Source: Leidyana gryllorum EB-2025a
Lineage: Eukaryota; Protista; Apicomplexa
Length of the DNA: 64,000 nucleotides
Reading direction: 5' to 3'
Assembly (NCBI GenBank): GCA_048772705.1
Contig: JBLWGC010000159.1
Coordinates: forward strand, 62,001 to 126,000
Every line of letters begins with the position of its first letter. Position 1 is the first letter of the stretch. A program made the translations under genes and the position numbers. Shown here piece by piece: positions 59,494-64,000 of this stretch. The notes under the pieces were generated by a model. It saw nothing but the letters and a program-made list of their open reading frames with translations. It made no database searches and was not told where the DNA came from.

Positions 59494-60841
59494 TTAGTAA
59501 TCACTGCCTTGAGTACGTGGGGTGTCCACAGCCTCAGGCTTCTCTAAGATGCACACAAAAAGACCGCTAGTCTGCGAGAGTGCGGGATCGAAGAGACACG
59601 CGGATATGCCCGTGAGACCCTCGACTGTTATAGGGATCGCTGGCACTGCATTGCTCCCAGCCACAGGGGTACCGCTAGGACTGAGAGCAAAAGGCAGGCC
59701 TGGCGCTCTGACCGAGGGCTCTTCTTTGACAAAGGCCTCCACAACTGCTTGGTTCTGCGCGGGGCACAACGAACAAGTAGAATACACCAGTCTACCCCCC
59801 GGCCGCAATAACTGCCACCCAGAGCGCAGTAAACCCAGTTGGAGCTCAAACAGGCCCGCGAGGCGCTCCGGCTCCATCACCCGTCGCTCAAAAGTCTGGC
59901 GAAGGATGGTGGCTGGACGACAAGAGGACAAGCTACACTCACCTCCCACCCAAATTGTTTACCGTACTTCTTCACATGCCGCACTGATCCGTCGTGGGTA
60001 CATTCAGCCTGCATTATCAAAAACCCATGGGCTGGCTAGAACGTGGATAAGACTTACATCCACAAGCACTCGGTCGTACAGGTCGGGCAAAGCCAAGTCT
60101 ATACTGATTGAGGGAGCCTTGGGTCGCTGACGACGTCCCTTCGTCTTCGCGCCGGCATGGTGACGGTAGGTGGTGGGATCCAACGGTTTGAACTTTGTAC
60201 TGTCAGCCTGCATAGAGACTAGATGGGTTAAGATGAACATGCGGGACCCACCTCGAGCAAACAACAGTTGTTTACGTGATATAGTTTCGCCAGTTTACTG
60301 CAAACCCCCAACCGGGTGGCGCTGACATCCTGAAGGACATCCCTTCCACCGGGCATGGCACCAATTTGCACTCACCACGCCAACCACTACCTGGTTGGTA
60401 AGATCTGCTATAGCAAAGAGTTTGCTGCCCGGAGCGCAGCACAGGTCAAGGACATCATGGTGCTTCTCAACATTCAAGCACTCAACAGCAGCCAACGTGG
60501 CCGCATCGACCCCGTACAGCTCTCGGTTCCGATAGGCCGAGAGCTCTACAAGCCGTGTAGTCGCAGGCAGAGCAAAACAATTAAGGTGGCTGGGCAGCCA
60601 CGTCACTGGTTCGTAACTCGAGAGCGGAACGCTCGCATCGGGAGTCAAATCTGTCAAAGAATGTACCCCCGCCCGCGGATTGAGGCGCACGAATCTGCGA
60701 AAGCGTACCCGAATGGTGGCTAAGACGAGCTGTAGCTTACCTTTTGGCGGGAGTGAGCGCATAAGTCTCCTCCAGTTTCTCTGGCGCCACTCCAGACGAC
60801 TGGAGGTACTGGACGAAGGCGGCGGGTACGCTGTCCGTCAT
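59494..60841 (-). CDS. RNA cytosine-C5 methyltransferase (RsmB/NOP2/NSUN family), multi-exon
   Basis: [18 protein letters not shown]|AECTHDGS and [10 protein letters not shown] (both catalytic Cys present). Confidence 0.92.
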
Positions 60842-60890
60842 TGGCGGATTTTTTTAGATGGGCTTCGCATGAGCTTTTGAGGCAGAATTG

Positions 60891-62339
60891 ATGTGGGACC
60901 CGGCAGAGGCGCCTCCGCACCTGCGGGTCACTGACCTGCATGAGGAAATCGAGAAGTTAGCCCGAATCTTCGGCTCTGCGGCTCCAGCACTACAACCTCC
61001 TAACGTCCCCAGCCCCTTTGATGACCGGCGGGCCGATTATCTCGGATCGTCGGAGTGGACAGAGGTCCATCCTCCTCAAGGGGGCGGATGGGGAGAATCC
61101 GGGAACCTGCGAGAGACTGAACTGCTCCTGGCCATTAGCCGTTTACAGGTGCGTACCATTTTGTCACTCACCTCCTGCTACCCTACTTACTGTGCTGCGT
61201 GATGCTTACTTACATTGGGGAACGCGCATGTATCTCACCTTCCATCCGGGGCTGCGACACTAACGTCGCCCTTCGACCGGTTGGGCGGTACAACACTGTT
61301 TCTATGGCTTTGTGTATCTGTCAAAAGTATGTAAACCACAATGGTGTGTGGGCAGGGGGGGGTGTTGCTATGATGTTCGTGTCTCCCTGTGTGGTGGTCG
61401 TTCTCGCTCTTCTGAACTTAGCCCGCGGTGTGTACGTGCCACCAACCAACCAACCAACCAACCAACCCTTTGACCGACCAACCTGCCAACCACTCTGCCG
61501 CTCCACACTCTGTCACTCAACCAATCACTGTGCCACTCACTCACTCACTCCAGCCTTTTATGCGTGTGGTTACTACAATGATACTCAGAACATGATAACG
61601 GAGCGGAACCAGATAATAAATCAACTGCGACGCACGGTGGAAGATCAACAGCAAAAGATCGAAGTCTGCCAATTGAGCGAAAGCTACTTAAGGAAGAAGG
61701 TGGGGTTGTTGGATTATCTGATAGCGGTGGCAGCTGGAGAAATTGGAGGGCTCGTCTCATCCTGTGAAGCAGCGCTCGGCTACCGAGATTCCCTCTGCGC
61801 AGCAATCGTCACCACAGCAGCAGACTTCTCGCCCGGCTGATTGGGTGCCGTTCTCCCGCACCCAACAGAGGGGTCGATCCCAGAGTCCAAGTTCAGCGGC
61901 AGCTCGGACCTCCTCTCCCGTAATCAATTGCCCTCCCCCTCCCTTGAGCTTGAGCCGGACAGCATCAATGAGCGGATTTGAGGGTCCACTGACCGCTCGA
62001 GGCTCAAGCTCGAGCCCTGATTCCCTCCCACCAGTCAGACGGAGGTCTAGCTCAGCTGAACGAGTTCGGGAAGTAATGAAGAGTATTGGATTTCTGCAGA
62101 AGACTGAGGAGAAGAGGCGAGTGCGTCCTAGTGGCAGTGGTCAGCAGGCGCCCACGGATCAGCGGAGCATAGCGCGAGCTATCGCAATCGAGCGGTTGCG
62201 ACAGAAGTCGCTAAACTCTTCTTCACGCTCGTCGCCCGCGGCGACCGCGAACAGGCCAATGGACATAGACCACAGGATTGCCACCATACGAGAGCTCATT
62301 CTGCAGGCTCGTCGCCCTTCAACCTCTGACGTAGATTAG
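60891..62339 (+). CDS. Hypothetical coiled-coil, Ser/Arg-rich protein, multi-exon with one long intron
   Basis: MWDPAEAPP...RLQ|NMITERNQIINQLRRTVEDQQQKIE...; last exon is in ORF 61743-62339. Confidence 0.55.
61441..61550. repeat. (CCAA)n and (CACT)n simple repeats within an intron
   Basis: accaaccaaccaaccaaccaaccaac ... cactcactcactcactc. Confidence 0.85.
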
Positions 62340-62375
62340 AAAACTTTGGCCTTTTTTCGTCAGGGGTGCTGTTCC

Positions 62376-64000
62376 ATGAGGGTACGGCATCTACAGACGT
62401 ACCTGCAGAGCCAACGTCTCTTATGTACGGGTCGCACTGAGTCGTTGCGAGGGTTGGCGCTGGGTCTGGACGCAGCGTCATGGACACGAGGTCTCTTGGA
62501 GCTGAAAGACCCCTTTGCGGAGTTAATGGGGGGACTCCCATTGTGTGTCGATGCAGCTATTGACCGTCAACTTACCCGATTCGCTGAGCATGAGATCTTC
62601 CCCTACTTCTTCTTCCAGGGTGTGTCGCCGAACGGGCATTCGCTCTTTACCAAAATCGACTCCCGGGCCATTTCGGAAGCATGGACTCTATTGCTGGACA
62701 AGAACACATCTCAAGCTCACGCAAAGTTGGGGAGAATCGCTTCACGGTTGACTGCCGAGCTTGTCTGCTACCTCGCACGCTACCTTCGCGCTCGAGCCTT
62801 CGTGGCTGAGCCCGCTGGTCGATGCGAGCGGGCCCCGCGCCCAGTGAAGGTTCAACGTCGCCTGGCAGTCTTCCAATGCCCTTATCTCTGTTCCTCTCAG
62901 ATAGCTCACTTTGTACGCAACCACATCCTGGATGCGGTGTACGGCATCACTTCGTTCCTCCTTGTCGGGCTGCCTCGCGTCATCACAAACATTGACTTCG
63001 AGAAGGGCAAGTTTGACTGGGTGGAGAAAGATCAATTGTTGAGGGCTTGGGAGGTCACTGAACAACAGCTCGCGGACGCCTGCATTTTGGCGGGTACGGA
63101 GTATTGCCACACGCTTCCACACGTCAACATTCTCTCGCCCAAGTCTTTCTCCTTCGAAACCGCTCTCAGTCTCGCCAAGTCGGGCTCCCTCAATCAATAT
63201 CTCCAAGTGAGTAGTGCTGCAGCCCTTCCTCCCATTCTATCCCCATCAGTTCTTCCCACACGAGCCCGTTCGTCAAGAGTTCCGGCACCTTTACTCTCTC
63301 AGCCGAGCCGTACTGTACGTTTTGATCGCGATGCAAGGAAACGGTACCGTGGCTGCTCTGCCGCCGGGACCACCAGCCCCGGCTGAGGGACTGCCCCACC
63401 AGTCTTTAACGGGTGAACACGACCCCAACAAGGAGACCGCTGCAGGAGAAGCAATGCGTCGTCTCGAGACGAAATGTGCGAATACCGTCACTCTCTCCCC
63501 CGTTCCCCACGATTTGCGAGTAGTTAAAGGTTGGAGACTGCCTAACGCGGTCTTCCTTCTCATGCTGGAGGGTATTCTGTCACCAGACCTCGTGAAAGCG
63601 CTTGCGTATGGTGTCTGGCGGGACTTTGATTCCCCCATTGTCCTCCCAGAACAGTATGAGACCTTACTGGTGGTGAGTGATATTACCAGACGCCTCCTTC
63701 TCCCATCACCCCTCAGCAATGCCGTCATTATCGGCTGCTGGCGCTGGCACTCATAGCGCGACACCTACACCCGTCCTTCATCAAGCGACGAATCGTAAGT
63801 TCGAGCGCTGAGCCTACCAGCGCTTCATTCCTCCAACAACTCAGACCTTCGAGTATGTCGGCCGCAAATGTGAGGATCCTCTCATACTGTTGTCCAATTC
63901 CAACAATAATACCGAATGTCAATATGCCCCGGATATTCGACCAAGTAAGCCAGCCATCGCATCTTGGCCCGCCTTCACACATCTACTCCGCAGTTCTTCC
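62376..64000 (+). CDS. MKT1-like XPG/FEN1 PIN-domain protein (3' end beyond the window)
   Basis: MRVRHLQTYL...LALGLDAASW, PYFFFQG, QCPYLCSSQIAHF, LADACILAGTEYC, GWRLPNAVFLLMLEGILSP. Confidence 0.8.

Noticed and set aside
61180-61230. U1 snRNA-like ACTTAC motifs
   Set aside because: Lacks ACTTACCTG, the AUUGCAC loop and an Sm site

Overview
Eukaryotic nuclear DNA, not prokaryotic: a very gene-dense protist genome with short canonical GT-AG introns (mostly about 35-55 nt) and intergenic spacers usually of 2-60 nt. Three convergent gene pairs overlap in coding sequence. An alveolate, possibly gregarine-like, source is a low-confidence inference. About 31 protein genes were reconstructed by joining ORF-track fragments across introns by eye, so exon boundaries are unverified. 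Recognisable genes: STIMATE-like, SDHAF2 head-to-head with SDHB, OCRL-like pseudophosphatase, CPSF2-like, TAF6, CNOT1, PRMT5, BRF1, a DnaJ protein, RPT6, PSMD5-like, a very divergent tubulin, an FHA coiled-coil protein, ODR4-like, GINS PSF2, DBP2/DDX5, THUMP/Tan1, ACBP, an NSUN methyltransferase and MKT1-like. No tRNA, rRNA, CRISPR array or transposon was recognised. The most interesting candidates are: (1) a 594-nt structured intron in DBP2 with competing helices next to an apparent 8-nt frameshifting micro-exon, suggesting an RNA-structure autoregulation switch; (2) an intronless tubulin with mixed alpha/beta features, degenerate GTP motifs and an 86-aa M-loop; (3) head-to-head gene pairs whose spacers are too small for two promoters and are apparently filled by 5'UTR introns.
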